Notes: generated from the letters alone by a model not told the origin. A stretch of 54,418 bases of DNA, filler included, from Candidatus Ancaeobacter aquaticus (GCA_030765405.1; 3 parts of 3 records of this genome joined end to end with filler, not necessarily neighbours in it); one strand, 5' to 3'; counted from the whole stretch's first letter, positions 1 through 10,183 are shown. Numbers and translations: made by a program.

Positions 1-1
1 A

Positions 2-128
2 TCAGTTTTTATGTCAACATAATACTTCGAATCCAATGCGAATTTGCTCATACAAGGCGTTTACCACTAAAATATCGTAAATAGAATGACTTATGGTGGG
101 TTAAAATACTTTGTTGCGGAATTGCTGA
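2..128. mobile_element. ~127-bp dispersed repeat, MITE-like, copy 1
   Basis: Positions 4-128 align without gaps to 44589-44713 with scattered substitutions. The ends TCAG...CTGA show weak inverted similarity. Confidence 0.65.
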
Positions 129-227
129 CCAAAAATCACATGACTTTTTATAGTCGAGGGGACTTCCCTGCTTAAATACAGAGGTATTGAACCGAAAGAT
201 TTAGGAGGGAGTATAGAATTGTTACAT

Positions 228-258
228 AAAAAAAGAGCCGATTAGTAATTATCGGCTC
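228..258 (-). terminator. Rho-independent terminator of guaA
   Basis: On the minus strand: GAGCCGAT stem, 8-nt loop, ATCGGCTC, then T7. It lies 35 bp past the guaA stop. Confidence 0.85.
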
Positions 259-293
259 ATATTATTCCTTTTCCTATATATCGTTTTTAACGC

Positions 294-1850
294 TTATTCC
301 CACTCAATGGTACTCGGCGGTTTTGAGCTTATATCATATACAACTCTATTCACACCTCTAACCTCATTGATGATTCTGTTTGAAATTAGAGCCAATAATT
401 CATACGGCAAGTGTACCCAATCAGCTGTCATACCATCAGTACTATTGACTGCACGAACAGCTATGACATTTTCATATGTCCTTTCATCACCCATTACACC
501 AACAGTTTTTATCGGTAAAAGTACTGCAAAAGACTGCCATATTTCTTCATAAAGCCCTGCATTCTTTACTTCCTCAACGACACGCGCATCTGCTTCTCTC
601 AATATATCTAGTCTCTCTCTCGTGACTTCACCGACTATACGCACAGCAAGTCCAGGTCCGGGAAACGGTTGTCTCTGTATTATTTCGTTTGGCAAACCAA
701 GTTCTCTTCCAATTTCACGAACCTCGTCTTTAAAAAGTTCTCTAAAAGGCTCTATTAGCTCAAATTTCATATCTTCGGGTAACCCACCAACATTATGATG
801 AGTTTTTATCGTCGCTGATGGGCCTCCTTTAGCAGATACACTTTCAACAACATCGGGATATAATGTCCCCTGTGCGAGAAAATCTATCTCACCTATACAC
901 CTGGCACCTTCTTCAAAAACTCTAATAAATTCGTTGCCGATCACTTTTCTCTTTTTTTCAGGATCCACAACACCCTGTAATTTTTCCAGGAATCGGTCCG
1001 TCGCATCAACATACTCAAGATTGATCTTAAAGTTATCTCTAAATGTGTTAACAACTTTATCGGCTTCATTTTTTCTTAAAACACCATTATTCACAAAAAT
1101 ACATGTTAACTGGTCTCCGATCGCTTTATTAATAAGCATAGCTGCAACAGATGAATCAACGCCACCGCTGAGTCCAAGCACGACTTTCTTATCACCAACT
1201 CTGTTCTTAATCTCCCTTAACGAGCTTTCAATGAATGATTCCATCGTCCAATCGCCTTTGCAGTCGCATACCTTAAAAAGATAATTTTTTATAATATCTT
1301 TTCCATTTGGAGTATGAACAACTTCCGGATGGAATTGCAACCCATAGATTCTTGCTGCCACATCTTGTACAACAGCACAAGGAGAACTCGAAGTTATTGC
1401 AGCTGTTTGAAATCCATCAGGTAATACTTCGACCTTATCTCCATGGCTCATCCACACACTTATATTTTGAGGAAGACCTTCAAATAGCTTACAGGTTGAA
1501 TCAGTTATTTTTAGCTCTGCTCTACCATACTCTCTCTTGTCACTTTGATTAACTTTACCTCCTAAAAGATGTGTTTCGAGCTGTAAACCATAACAAATAC
1601 CTAAAACAGGCACTCTCATTTCAAATATTTCTTTATGACAATGTGGGGCATCTGGACTATTAACATTTGCAGGACCTCCGGAAAGAATTAATCCTTTTGG
1701 TGAATGTTTTTTTATTTCATCAACTGAAACATTATACGGAAGAATAATTGAAAAAACGTTGTTTTCTCTTACTCTTCGAGCAATTAATTGACTATACTGA
1801 GAACCAAAGTCAAGTACCACAATAACGTCATGAGCCAATTCTTGTGACAT
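294..1850 (-). CDS. guaA: GMP synthase (glutamine-hydrolysing)
   Basis: [29 protein letters not shown] and C-terminal KPPSTIEWE motifs; 518 aa. Confidence 0.98.
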   Translation of the reverse strand: MSQELAHDVIVVLDFGSQYSQLIARRVRENNVFSIILPYNVSVDEIKKHSPKGLILSGGPANVNSPDAPHCHKEIFEMRVPVLGICYGLQLETHLLGGKVNQSDKREYGRAELKITDSTCKLFEGLPQNISVWMSHGDKVEVLPDGFQTAAITSSSPCAVVQDVAARIYGLQFHPEVVHTPNGKDIIKNYLFKVCDCKGDWTMESFIESSLREIKNRVGDKKVVLGLSGGVDSSVAAMLINKAIGDQLTCIFVNNGVLRKNEADKVVNTFRDNFKINLEYVDATDRFLEKLQGVVDPEKKRKVIGNEFIRVFEEGARCIGEIDFLAQGTLYPDVVESVSAKGGPSATIKTHHNVGGLPEDMKFELIEPFRELFKDEVREIGRELGLPNEIIQRQPFPGPGLAVRIVGEVTRERLDILREADARVVEEVKNAGLYEEIWQSFAVLLPIKTVGVMGDERTYENVIAVRAVNSTDGMTADWVHLPYELLALISNRIINEVRGVNRVVYDISSKPPSTIEWE

Positions 1851-1863
1851 ATAAATACCTTTA

Positions 1864-1952
1864 TTAAGCTTTAAGCTGTAAGCTATATGCTATAAGTAAG
1901 AAAAAAATAAGAAATTCTTAAAGCTTACAACTTATAGCTTATTATATAGCTA
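1864..1952. repeat. Inverted heptamer-array element (NTAAGCT family), ORF-less
   Basis: Left arm ttaagct-ttaagct-gtaagct-atatgct-ataagta, an A-rich spacer, then right arm cttaaag-cttacaa-cttatag-cttatta-tatagct. Confidence 0.85.
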
Positions 1953-3110
1953 TTTTTTTCCCATACCAACACGCTGTACAGTTTGAAATATTTTACCTTC
2001 GGTTTTAATTGATGGGGCTATTATTAATTCTGTTAGATGCATCTCTTTGATATTATGCGCCCCAACACTACCCATTGATGTCTGCAAAGCACCCATAAGA
2101 TTTTGAGAACCATCATCAAGCTTAGCAGGGCCAAACATTATCTGTTCAAGAGTACCTGTCGTCCCTACAAATATACGAGTCCCCCGCGGTAAATTTGCAT
2201 GTGGCGTTGCCATTCCCCAGTGATAGCCACGTCCTGGAGCTTCCTCGGTACGAGCAAATGCTGAACCAACCATCACCGCATCGGCACCAGAAGCAAATGC
2301 TTTACATATATCTCCGCCAACGTTCATTCCGCCGTCTGTAATTATTGCTACATGTTTGCCGGTTTGCGTATAATAAAAATCTCGTGCGGCGGCACAATCA
2401 ATAGTGGCAGTAACCTGAGGGATACCTATTCCAAGCACACCACGTGTAGTACATGCTGCACCAGGCCCGATCCCAACGAGAAGCCCATCTATACCTGTTT
2501 TCATTAATTCAAGTGCTGCATCATAGGAACAGGTATTACCTACTATGACGGGAATTTTCATTGATTTACAGAAATGTGTAAGATCAAGCACTTCATATTC
2601 TGATGATTCATGCACAACAGTTGTTACTGTAGATTGTACAAGAAAGATATCTGCACCAGCTTCCTGTGATATAGCGCCAAAATGCTTAGCTCTTTGCGGT
2701 ATAGAAGAAACAACAGCAGGAACATTCTCTTCTTTTATCTCACGAATTCTTTTGGCAATAAGTTCTTCTTTAATTGGCTCAAGATACAAATCCTGCACTA
2801 ATTTAGTTGCTTCTTCAGGGGGGGCAATAGCGATTTTATCTAAGACATCTGATGGATTATCATATCGTGTCTGCACACCTTCAAGATTAAGAACAGCTAT
2901 ACCACCAATTTTTCCCATTGCTTTTGCAAACTTCGTATCCACGACACCATCCATAGCAGCGGCTAATATTGGTACATTAAATTTCAGATCACCTATTTGC
3001 CAGCTGGTGTCAACCTCATTAGGATTTATTGTTGTTTCCCCGGGAACAAGAGCTACCTCGTCAAACCCATAGCAACATCGAGCTCTCCTATCTTTGCCTA
3101 TCCATTCCAT
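1950..3110 (-). CDS. guaB: IMP dehydrogenase, GuaB3-type (no CBS subdomain)
   Basis: GIGPGAACTT catalytic loop, IITDGG, YHWGMAT, N-terminal YGFDEVALVP; adjacent to guaA. Confidence 0.9.
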   Translation of the reverse strand: MEWIGKDRRARCCYGFDEVALVPGETTINPNEVDTSWQIGDLKFNVPILAAAMDGVVDTKFAKAMGKIGGIAVLNLEGVQTRYDNPSDVLDKIAIAPPEEATKLVQDLYLEPIKEELIAKRIREIKEENVPAVVSSIPQRAKHFGAISQEAGADIFLVQSTVTTVVHESSEYEVLDLTHFCKSMKIPVIVGNTCSYDAALELMKTGIDGLLVGIGPGAACTTRGVLGIGIPQVTATIDCAAARDFYYTQTGKHVAIITDGGMNVGGDICKAFASGADAVMVGSAFARTEEAPGRGYHWGMATPHANLPRGTRIFVGTTGTLEQIMFGPAKLDDGSQNLMGALQTSMGSVGAHNIKEMHLTELIIAPSIKTEGKIFQTVQRVGMGKK

Positions 3111-3173
3111 AATAGTAAATCTCCTTTCATATTAATCATTGAAAAACCCACGCACCGCCTAATAAATCTCAGC

Positions 3174-3202
3174 ATTTTAGTGGTAAATTGACATAAAGTC
3201 AA
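3174..3202 (-). promoter_or_regulatory. Sigma70-type promoter for guaB-guaA
   Basis: TTGACT-17 bp-TAAAAT on the minus strand. A TTGAC-N5-GTCAA palindrome overlaps the -35 box. Confidence 0.7.
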
Positions 3203-3283
3203 CAACTAGTTAAGTTTATTCTTACTGGGTTTATCTTAAACAGGTCAATTCTATGATTTTATAGTGCTCTGAAACGTAGAACT

Positions 3284-3526
3284 TTACGTGATACGGGACT
3301 CTTTTAAACCACTCAGGCTTTGGCACCGTGGACACCTAACTATATCCTTATCCGATTCGGCTACAAAGAGATATAAACATATTGGACATCGATTAAGGTT
3401 TTCAGTCTTTGGATAATATCTGTGTTTAATCTGCTTAATTTTGGCAACAAATCGAAATATTAAGACGACACCTATGGACACTACTAAATAAAATACAATA
3501 ACAGTATCAGGAGAAAGTGTTATCAA
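3284..3526 (-). CDS. Small single-pass membrane protein with a CxxC...CxxC zinc ribbon
   Basis: N-terminal hydrophobic helix, CPIC and CPRC motifs, TTG start 34 bp after the TonB-like gene. Confidence 0.65.
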   Translation of the reverse strand: MITLSPDTVIVFYLVVSIGVVLIFRFVAKIKQIKHRYYPKTENLNRCPICLYLFVAESDKDIVRCPRCQSLSGLKESRIT

Positions 3527-3560
3527 ATGCGAATCCTTTGTATGTAAAGTCAGTGTTCAT

Positions 3561-4388
3561 TTATTTAAGAATACTTCCTTTAATAAAAAAATATATTGTA
3601 CCTGATTGCAATGACTCTGCACGTATATCAGCGCTAAACTGCCACGCCTTCAATGCTTTTGTACATATTAAATCTATTTTTTCAGACCCGGAACTCTGCA
3701 GTATCAAAACATATTTAACGAACCCTCTCGGATCAATCCAAAAAGAAAGCTTAATGTTTTCTTTTAGCACATCATTTTTAGTTTTCGTTGTTATATCAAG
3801 CCTTCGAGTATCTCTCTTAAAATAAGGAATTTGATGTGCAATAAGAGTACGCGAGGTGACAGGCCCAAAGAGTCTAAAAGTAGGCACCTGCAATTTCTCA
3901 ATATCGGCTGCGTGTGTTATTTGATTATCTATTTTTGAAGCATGAAAAACAGGAGGCATACTTTTTACCCCATTACAAAATTCAGTGGCAATATTATACA
4001 AATGTGCCGATTTTATATTATCTATCATATCTGTATCTTTTATTTCCTTAGATATCTTTATTTCTTCGTGCCTACCCTCTATTACTGTCGGTTTAGGCTC
4101 AATATTGTTTGTTTTGGAATATCGTTTTGAATACCCTCTGTGATACGGATAAGTAAAAAATGATAGATCGTGTGGCCCGATTATTTTTGAGTAAATCTTT
4201 ACCCCTTTCCTGTTTTCAACGAGATATTCTTGCTCTGCATTAATAATGCTAAATTCAATATCTGCAGTTTTCTGATTACAGGTAACATTGGCAATATTGC
4301 ACTTAAACCAACCAAATATTGCGCTATGACTCAAAATGGAAACAAATATAAACACATAAAATATTCTACTTTTAAAAATTGAGTCCAT
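3561..4388 (-). CDS. TonB C-terminal-domain protein (energy transducer-like)
   Basis: N-terminal TM with SILSH; C-terminal pattern LSFWIDPRGFV...SSG..KID..C.KALKAWQF; follows exbB/exbD. Confidence 0.7.
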   Translation of the reverse strand: MDSIFKSRIFYVFIFVSILSHSAIFGWFKCNIANVTCNQKTADIEFSIINAEQEYLVENRKGVKIYSKIIGPHDLSFFTYPYHRGYSKRYSKTNNIEPKPTVIEGRHEEIKISKEIKDTDMIDNIKSAHLYNIATEFCNGVKSMPPVFHASKIDNQITHAADIEKLQVPTFRLFGPVTSRTLIAHQIPYFKRDTRRLDITTKTKNDVLKENIKLSFWIDPRGFVKYVLILQSSGSEKIDLICTKALKAWQFSADIRAESLQSGTIYFFIKGSILK

Positions 4389-4412
4389 CTATCTTTTTTC
4401 CATCGCATTTTT

Positions 4413-4832
4413 TTATTTTTTTTGCATATTTCGTGGAGATGCTGCAATAGACAGGCGTTTAATCCCTGCTTCAATTGCTATATCCATTATCGAAACAATT
4501 CTATCGTGCAACACATTACTATCGGCCTTTATCACAACAAGTGTGTTCGGTGCATTCTGGGAAACTATTGTCATTTTATTTTTAAAATCAGCCTTCTTCA
4601 CCCACTTTTCGCGAATATAGATTCTATCATCCTTCGTAATCGATACAACGGTCACATCCTGCTCTTTATTCAAATCAATATGCTGAGCAGTAGGCACAGT
4701 AACTTTTATTCCTGGTTGATAGATAAGTGTTGAGGTTATCACAAAGAATATGTTAAGGAGTAAGACTACATTAAGAAATGGAACAAAATCTATCCACCCT
4801 TTATCGTAACGTAATATTTTTTTAAACTTCAT
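4413..4832 (-). CDS. exbD: ExbD/TolR biopolymer transporter
   Basis: DFVPFLNVVLLL TM segment, VVIKADSNV, IMDIAIEAGI. Confidence 0.88.
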   Translation of the reverse strand: MKFKKILRYDKGWIDFVPFLNVVLLLNIFFVITSTLIYQPGIKVTVPTAQHIDLNKEQDVTVVSITKDDRIYIREKWVKKADFKNKMTIVSQNAPNTLVVIKADSNVLHDRIVSIMDIAIEAGIKRLSIAASPRNMQKK

Positions 4833-5446
4833 ACGTCTTCCTCTTTTTCAAATAGTATAGCTACTAATTCCGTCGCACTCCTTTCCATATCTAAAACAAT
4901 TAATTGAGCGCGATTCATAAGATAATTATACGCAAGAAAACTTGGTATTGCCACAACGATACCTGCGGCAGAACAAAGTAATGATTCCCATACGCCTCCG
5001 GCAATATCAGAAGCATTGAATATCCCCCCCCTTTCCTGTATCCGCATAAACACTTTAATAAGACCTATAATCGTTCCAAGAAAGCCAAATAAGGGTGCTA
5101 CATAGGCAATATTCAAGAGCATTGGAGTATCTTTTTCTAAGCGAGGAATTTCATTTAATGATGCGACTTCCATTGCTTTCCTTACCTGATCTTCTGACTT
5201 TTGATACTTTAATAAACCGGCTCTCAAGACTGCAGATATAGGACCAGGTGTTTCATTGCATATTGTTATAGCTTCTATATGATTTTTTTTCTTTATCACA
5301 TTGGCTAAACCGTTCATAAACTTCTGTGTATCAATTTGTGCTCGTCGCAAATGGAATGTTTTATACATAAAAACCGCAAATGCTACAATTGAAATCAGTC
5401 CGATAAACACCATCACCGGTCCGCCGAGGATAAAAATATCTAACAT
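4829..5446 (-). CDS. exbB: MotA/TolQ/ExbB proton channel
   Basis: APLFGFLGTIIG and AAGIVVAIP motifs; overlaps exbD by 4 nt. Confidence 0.9.
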   Translation of the reverse strand: MLDIFILGGPVMVFIGLISIVAFAVFMYKTFHLRRAQIDTQKFMNGLANVIKKKNHIEAITICNETPGPISAVLRAGLLKYQKSEDQVRKAMEVASLNEIPRLEKDTPMLLNIAYVAPLFGFLGTIIGLIKVFMRIQERGGIFNASDIAGGVWESLLCSAAGIVVAIPSFLAYNYLMNRAQLIVLDMERSATELVAILFEKEEDV

Positions 5447-5465
5447 GATACCTCCAATTTATAAT

Positions 5466-7964
5466 TTATTTGAATAGCTTCCAATGTTCTTTTTTGATTG
5501 ATTCAATAATATCTTGTGCCCGTTCATAATCATACGCATTCATATCAACAACTTTTTGATATACGTGTACAGCTTTTACCCACTCATCTCTTTTTTCGTA
5601 GAACGCTCCTACTTTAAATGCTGATAATGAATACCAATAAGAGTGAGTACTATATTCATAGATAACTTTAAGATACTCCTCTATCGCCCGTTCCTTATTT
5701 CCCATTGCAGAATAACACTCTGCTATTTTGTACAACGATTGCGCCTTTAAACTTCCATCATCTGATTCATAAACACTGTTATATGCATGCACGGCTCTAT
5801 CATAATTCTTTTGAGCATAATACATATCACCGATTCTTCCCTTAGCATCATAATAGAGTATCCCTTGTGGGTAATCGCGTGTAATTTTTTGGAAATAACG
5901 TAATGCAGGCTTATACATTTTCATCATAGAGAATATATCTCCGAGGCCAAAAAGAGCATCTTTCTGCAAAGAAGATTTTGGATATTCATTACGCAACCGC
6001 TTAAGATACCATACAGCATTTTTTAGGTCTCCAAGAGCAAAAGAGCTACGAGAGGCTATAAATAATGCATCATCAGCTACAGAGGAACGCGCATGTTTTT
6101 TTGCTATACCATTAAATATAGCACGTGCTTTAACATACTCATGGTGCGTAAAATAATAATACCCTACCCAAAACTCTGCTTCAGGCACTTTTTCTCCTTC
6201 AGAATATTGAGAAATATATTTTTTAAATATTTTTAAAGCATCGTCTTCTCTACCAGCATATGAAAGAGCCCACCCATATTCAAACATGCTCTTTTCTACA
6301 ATGCCCTTATCTAGTTTATCCGAAAGTATCTTTTCATAAAACTCAATAGCTTCATTATACTGCCGAAGATTGCAGTGTGCATTTGCCAATGAATACAATG
6401 CATCTTCTTTAAGAGACCTATCCTCACTACTCTTCAACAATAAAGTCAGAATACTGATCGCTTCATTGTTGTTTCCGTTACCAATTTGAGACACCCCTTC
6501 ATAATATAAGGCCTTATCTAAATAAGGTGACTCTTTCTTTGCCTTTCGCACTAATTGAAAATATCGGATAGCGGCATCATATTTCTTGAGATGATAATAC
6601 GCCATTCCCTGTTGGTAATAGATATGACTAATAATAGGCGACGACAATTCCTCCTGATGGATTTCATGTATTTCTTCATATATTTTAATTGCATCCAAAT
6701 AATTCTTTTCATTAAACAAAGCATCACCTAACAATACTTCTATTCCAATATAAGTCTTTTGGTCAGATCCTTTGACTACCGCGTCTCTCAAGACAGCAAT
6801 TGCCTGTTCTTTCTTCCCTTCCGCAAATAATGAACGTGCCCATGCATCATATATTTTCATCGTTAAAGAATCATCTGATGATTTCTCTAATGCTTTTTGC
6901 AACATGCCACTTGCATCCAGATATTTCTTTTCTTTGATTGAGGCTACCCCCGATGTGTAATATGCATGCGAAATAACATCATCATTTTTAGATTCTTTAA
7001 CAAGCGTATCAAGAAGTTTTATAGCCTCTTCATTCTCCTTATTGAGGAGCATTGTTCGTGCACATGTTAGCTGTGCGTATTCGACACTATTGCTTTGAGG
7101 ATACTCTGAAATAATTTTTTGAAAGCATTTCTCAGATAACTTGTATTCTTTAAGTGCAGTATAACATTCACCCTGCTCATAAAGCGAGCTGTACGCAATT
7201 TTCTCAGTGGGATCGATCTTACTATTTTCTTCAAACACAGTAACGGCATCTTTGTACTTACCCAGACTTTTAAAATTATGTCCTAACAAATAATTTATTT
7301 CTGGTAGTATCTTTTGTGTTTTGAGTGATTCTTTTAACTCACGCAGAAGTGCAATAGATTTATTATATTCCTTAAGAAGATTGTATGTCCTTGCACATTC
7401 ATACCGAACGTAATCATTAAACGCATCGTTTTCTTTCATCTTTAATAGCTCTCTATATTCAGTTAAAGCCATTGTGTATTTACCCAAAGACGTATAGCCT
7501 CTTCCTTTCAAAAAATATGCATCTTTGCCAAATTCTGTATCCGGACTAATGGATAAAAGTTCATCACAATTCGTTATTGCGTTCTCATATTCTCCTTTTT
7601 GAAAATATGCGGATGCGATTAAATACATTCCTTTTTCTTTTAACGCCTGTGATTTATCAACAACTTTATAGAAACATATAAGCGCTTTATTATATTTCTT
7701 TTGAGCAAGATAGCTTTCGCCCAAAAGAATATTCGCAGCCTCAATGTGCTTAGAATCAGGGTATTCTTCGACAAACCTCTCATACTGCCTTATAGCTACA
7801 TCATACAACTCATCGTTAAATGCATTTTGCGCTCTATTGAATAATGAAGTTTCATTATCTCTCTGAATAAAAGGAAATGACTCAGCTTCTTTGTGCATGC
7901 CTAAACACAGCACACATTGAAGCACAATAATAAGAATGCTTATTTTGAGTGGAATTTTTGACAT
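5466..7964 (-). CDS. Large exported TPR-repeat protein
   Basis: Signal-peptide-like N terminus and many TPR units (e.g. YPDSKHIEAANILLGESY); 832 aa. Confidence 0.85.
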   Translation of the reverse strand: MSKIPLKISILIIVLQCVLCLGMHKEAESFPFIQRDNETSLFNRAQNAFNDELYDVAIRQYERFVEEYPDSKHIEAANILLGESYLAQKKYNKALICFYKVVDKSQALKEKGMYLIASAYFQKGEYENAITNCDELLSISPDTEFGKDAYFLKGRGYTSLGKYTMALTEYRELLKMKENDAFNDYVRYECARTYNLLKEYNKSIALLRELKESLKTQKILPEINYLLGHNFKSLGKYKDAVTVFEENSKIDPTEKIAYSSLYEQGECYTALKEYKLSEKCFQKIISEYPQSNSVEYAQLTCARTMLLNKENEEAIKLLDTLVKESKNDDVISHAYYTSGVASIKEKKYLDASGMLQKALEKSSDDSLTMKIYDAWARSLFAEGKKEQAIAVLRDAVVKGSDQKTYIGIEVLLGDALFNEKNYLDAIKIYEEIHEIHQEELSSPIISHIYYQQGMAYYHLKKYDAAIRYFQLVRKAKKESPYLDKALYYEGVSQIGNGNNNEAISILTLLLKSSEDRSLKEDALYSLANAHCNLRQYNEAIEFYEKILSDKLDKGIVEKSMFEYGWALSYAGREDDALKIFKKYISQYSEGEKVPEAEFWVGYYYFTHHEYVKARAIFNGIAKKHARSSVADDALFIASRSSFALGDLKNAVWYLKRLRNEYPKSSLQKDALFGLGDIFSMMKMYKPALRYFQKITRDYPQGILYYDAKGRIGDMYYAQKNYDRAVHAYNSVYESDDGSLKAQSLYKIAECYSAMGNKERAIEEYLKVIYEYSTHSYWYSLSAFKVGAFYEKRDEWVKAVHVYQKVVDMNAYDYERAQDIIESIKKEHWKLFK

Positions 7965-7999
7965 TATTTTTTTAAGGGCTTGAGAAAGAATAATATCCC

Positions 8000-8995
8000 C
8001 TAAGTAACAAAAGATTTAAGAAATTCAATAGAGTGTTTATCGGGAACTATTTTATACTGATCGAGTGCTGCAGGCAGATAATAAAAGCCACCTTCACGCA
8101 AGACTATCATCTCAGAGCACCTTTTCCCGTACTGCAAACGACCATCACCACGGGTAACAAAAATAACTTGAAATTTTTCTCCATTACAAAGTGATGAATA
8201 CTTATTTGTTACGGTAATTTTCTCTACAGTGAAGTGGTCGCAGGCAATAAGCAACCGCTCATCGAAATCATCTGATTGAATCAATACGGGACTTAACAGC
8301 TGCTCTTCAGAATTATTGGGTTCAATTACCGGTATTGCCTTATCTATATCGAGCTCTCTATTATGATCCCAATCATACAAACGATATGTCAGATCCGAAC
8401 TTTCCTGAATTTCAAAGAAAACAGCCGATCCCTTTAATCCATGTATCCTTCCTGCTGGTATATAATACCCATCACCATCACTAACGCACGACTCTTCCAA
8501 ATACTGCTCAATTGTCCCGTCTTGTAATGCATTAATTAATGTCTCATCACCAACCCAGTCTTTTATTCCAGTAATAATTCGTGTATTGGAAAAAGTTTTT
8601 AACATATACCATAATTCTGTCTTCCCCCAGCTCCCTTTTTCAGTAGTCTTTGCAACAATATCATCCGGATGAACTTGTACTGAAAATGGCTTATGCGCAT
8701 CGATAATCTTGTATAATAGAGGGAACCGTGACCCAAACCTATTATATATATCAGCACCCAAAAATGACTTGGTATACTTATTAATAAGATCTGTCAGTAG
8801 CAAACCTTTATATTCCCCATGAGCCACTTTTGAAACATCGTTACCTAACGCGGATATTTCCCATGACTCGCCAATTTTCTTTGCTTCAGGAAGATTTCGT
8901 GAGTATAGTTTCTTGAGGTTTTGTCCTCCCCACACTTTTTCCTTAAAGATCGGCTCGAATTCTATTGGATATGGTATAAACTTATTCTTTGGCAT
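8000..8995 (-). CDS. Mannose-6-phosphate isomerase, type I (cupin)
   Basis: KEKVWGG, IGESWEIS, FPLLYKII, SVQVHPDD, GKTELW, EIQESSDLTYRLYDW. Confidence 0.9.
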   Translation of the reverse strand: MPKNKFIPYPIEFEPIFKEKVWGGQNLKKLYSRNLPEAKKIGESWEISALGNDVSKVAHGEYKGLLLTDLINKYTKSFLGADIYNRFGSRFPLLYKIIDAHKPFSVQVHPDDIVAKTTEKGSWGKTELWYMLKTFSNTRIITGIKDWVGDETLINALQDGTIEQYLEESCVSDGDGYYIPAGRIHGLKGSAVFFEIQESSDLTYRLYDWDHNRELDIDKAIPVIEPNNSEEQLLSPVLIQSDDFDERLLIACDHFTVEKITVTNKYSSLCNGEKFQVIFVTRGDGRLQYGKRCSEMIVLREGGFYYLPAALDQYKIVPDKHSIEFLKSFVT

Positions 8996-9079
8996 AATAA
9001 ATAGTTCTCTTATAAAAAACTTTAGATCATATAAATTCAGTATATCGAATATTTATGAAATGACATAGATATTATTGCA

Positions 9080-10006
9080 CTATTCTAATTTCCGCAGACA
9101 GGCAATAGCCTCTTTCATATCAGAGGGAAGCGGTGCAACATATTCCTTAAATTCAGCCGTATCAGGATGAAAAAACTGTAATCGCTCAGCATGCAACATC
9201 TGTCTGGAAATAGCACAGGTATGCCTGATAACAGAATTGCGGCAATAGAGATCATCACCAAGAATAGGATATCCAATATGTGAAAGATGCACTCTAATTT
9301 GATGAGTTCTGCCTGTTTTTGGATACACACGGACATAGGTAGCATCTTTGAAGCGCTCTATAACTCCATAAACAGAAACTGCCTGCCTTCCATATTCCGC
9401 TGCCTTCATTTTTTTTCTCATTACAGGATGGCGTGCTATGCCAATATCAATTACTCCATTATCCTCCTTGATAACACCTTTCACTATCGCACAATATTCT
9501 TTTTTTACTAGCCTTGTTTCAAACTGCTTAGAGAGGTTCCTGTGTGAGTGATTTGTCTTTGCAACAACAAGACAGCCCGTTGTATCTTTGTCCAATCTAT
9601 GCACAATACCTGGTCTCAACACACCATTGATATCTGAAAGATTTTCAGTGTGGTATAAAAGCGCGTTTACAAGAGTCCCCGCAAAATTGCCGCTTGCTGG
9701 ATGAACAACCATCCCAGCGCTCTTGTTTAAGACAATATAAGAGTCATCTTCGTATAGCACTGTAATCGGAATATTTTCTGGAACAACATCTAAGATTACC
9801 GGATCAGGGATATGTATTTCTATCTCATCTTTGTTTTTCGTGTGACAGTTAGGTTTGACACACTTTCCATTAATTAACACGTCACCGTTTTTGATAAGTT
9901 TCTGTATATATGATCGTGATTGACCTTCAAGAAATGATGCGATGTATTTATCAATACGCTCATTTTCTTCTTCTTCATCAATTGTAAGCCTAATATTCTC
10001 AGTCAT
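9080..10006 (-). CDS. rluD: RluA/RluD-family 23S rRNA pseudouridine synthase
   Basis: S4 domain, HRLDKDTTG catalytic motif, TGRTHQIRVH. Confidence 0.9.
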   Translation of the reverse strand: MTENIRLTIDEEEENERIDKYIASFLEGQSRSYIQKLIKNGDVLINGKCVKPNCHTKNKDEIEIHIPDPVILDVVPENIPITVLYEDDSYIVLNKSAGMVVHPASGNFAGTLVNALLYHTENLSDINGVLRPGIVHRLDKDTTGCLVVAKTNHSHRNLSKQFETRLVKKEYCAIVKGVIKEDNGVIDIGIARHPVMRKKMKAAEYGRQAVSVYGVIERFKDATYVRVYPKTGRTHQIRVHLSHIGYPILGDDLYCRNSVIRHTCAISRQMLHAERLQFFHPDTAEFKEYVAPLPSDMKEAIACLRKLE

Positions 10007-10024
10007 ATTTTTAACTAACTTTTA

Positions 10025-10183
10025 GAGGTTTGCGGTGAGCGCATTGTATTTTACGGAAATCGCAAACCGAACACCGAACACAGCGATAAGCTGTGAGCTT
10101 TAAGCCTTAAGTAAATATTTAAAACAATAAAAAATATTTCATAATCTTATATCTTAAAACTTAGAGCTTACAGCTTATAGCTA
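10025..10183. repeat. Two adjacent inverted heptamer elements (ACCGAAC-type and NTAAGCT-type)
   Basis: gtttgcgg...cgcaaaccgaacaccgaac, followed by ataagct-gtgagct-ttaagcc-ttaagta / AT-rich spacer / cttatat-cttaaaa-cttagag-cttacag-cttatag. Confidence 0.8.

Noticed and set aside
3111..3283. Purine riboswitch upstream of guaB (and a T-box upstream of ileS or trpD)
   Set aside because: No recognisable aptamer or T-box core sequence, and the predicted leaders are short. An Rfam scan would be definitive.
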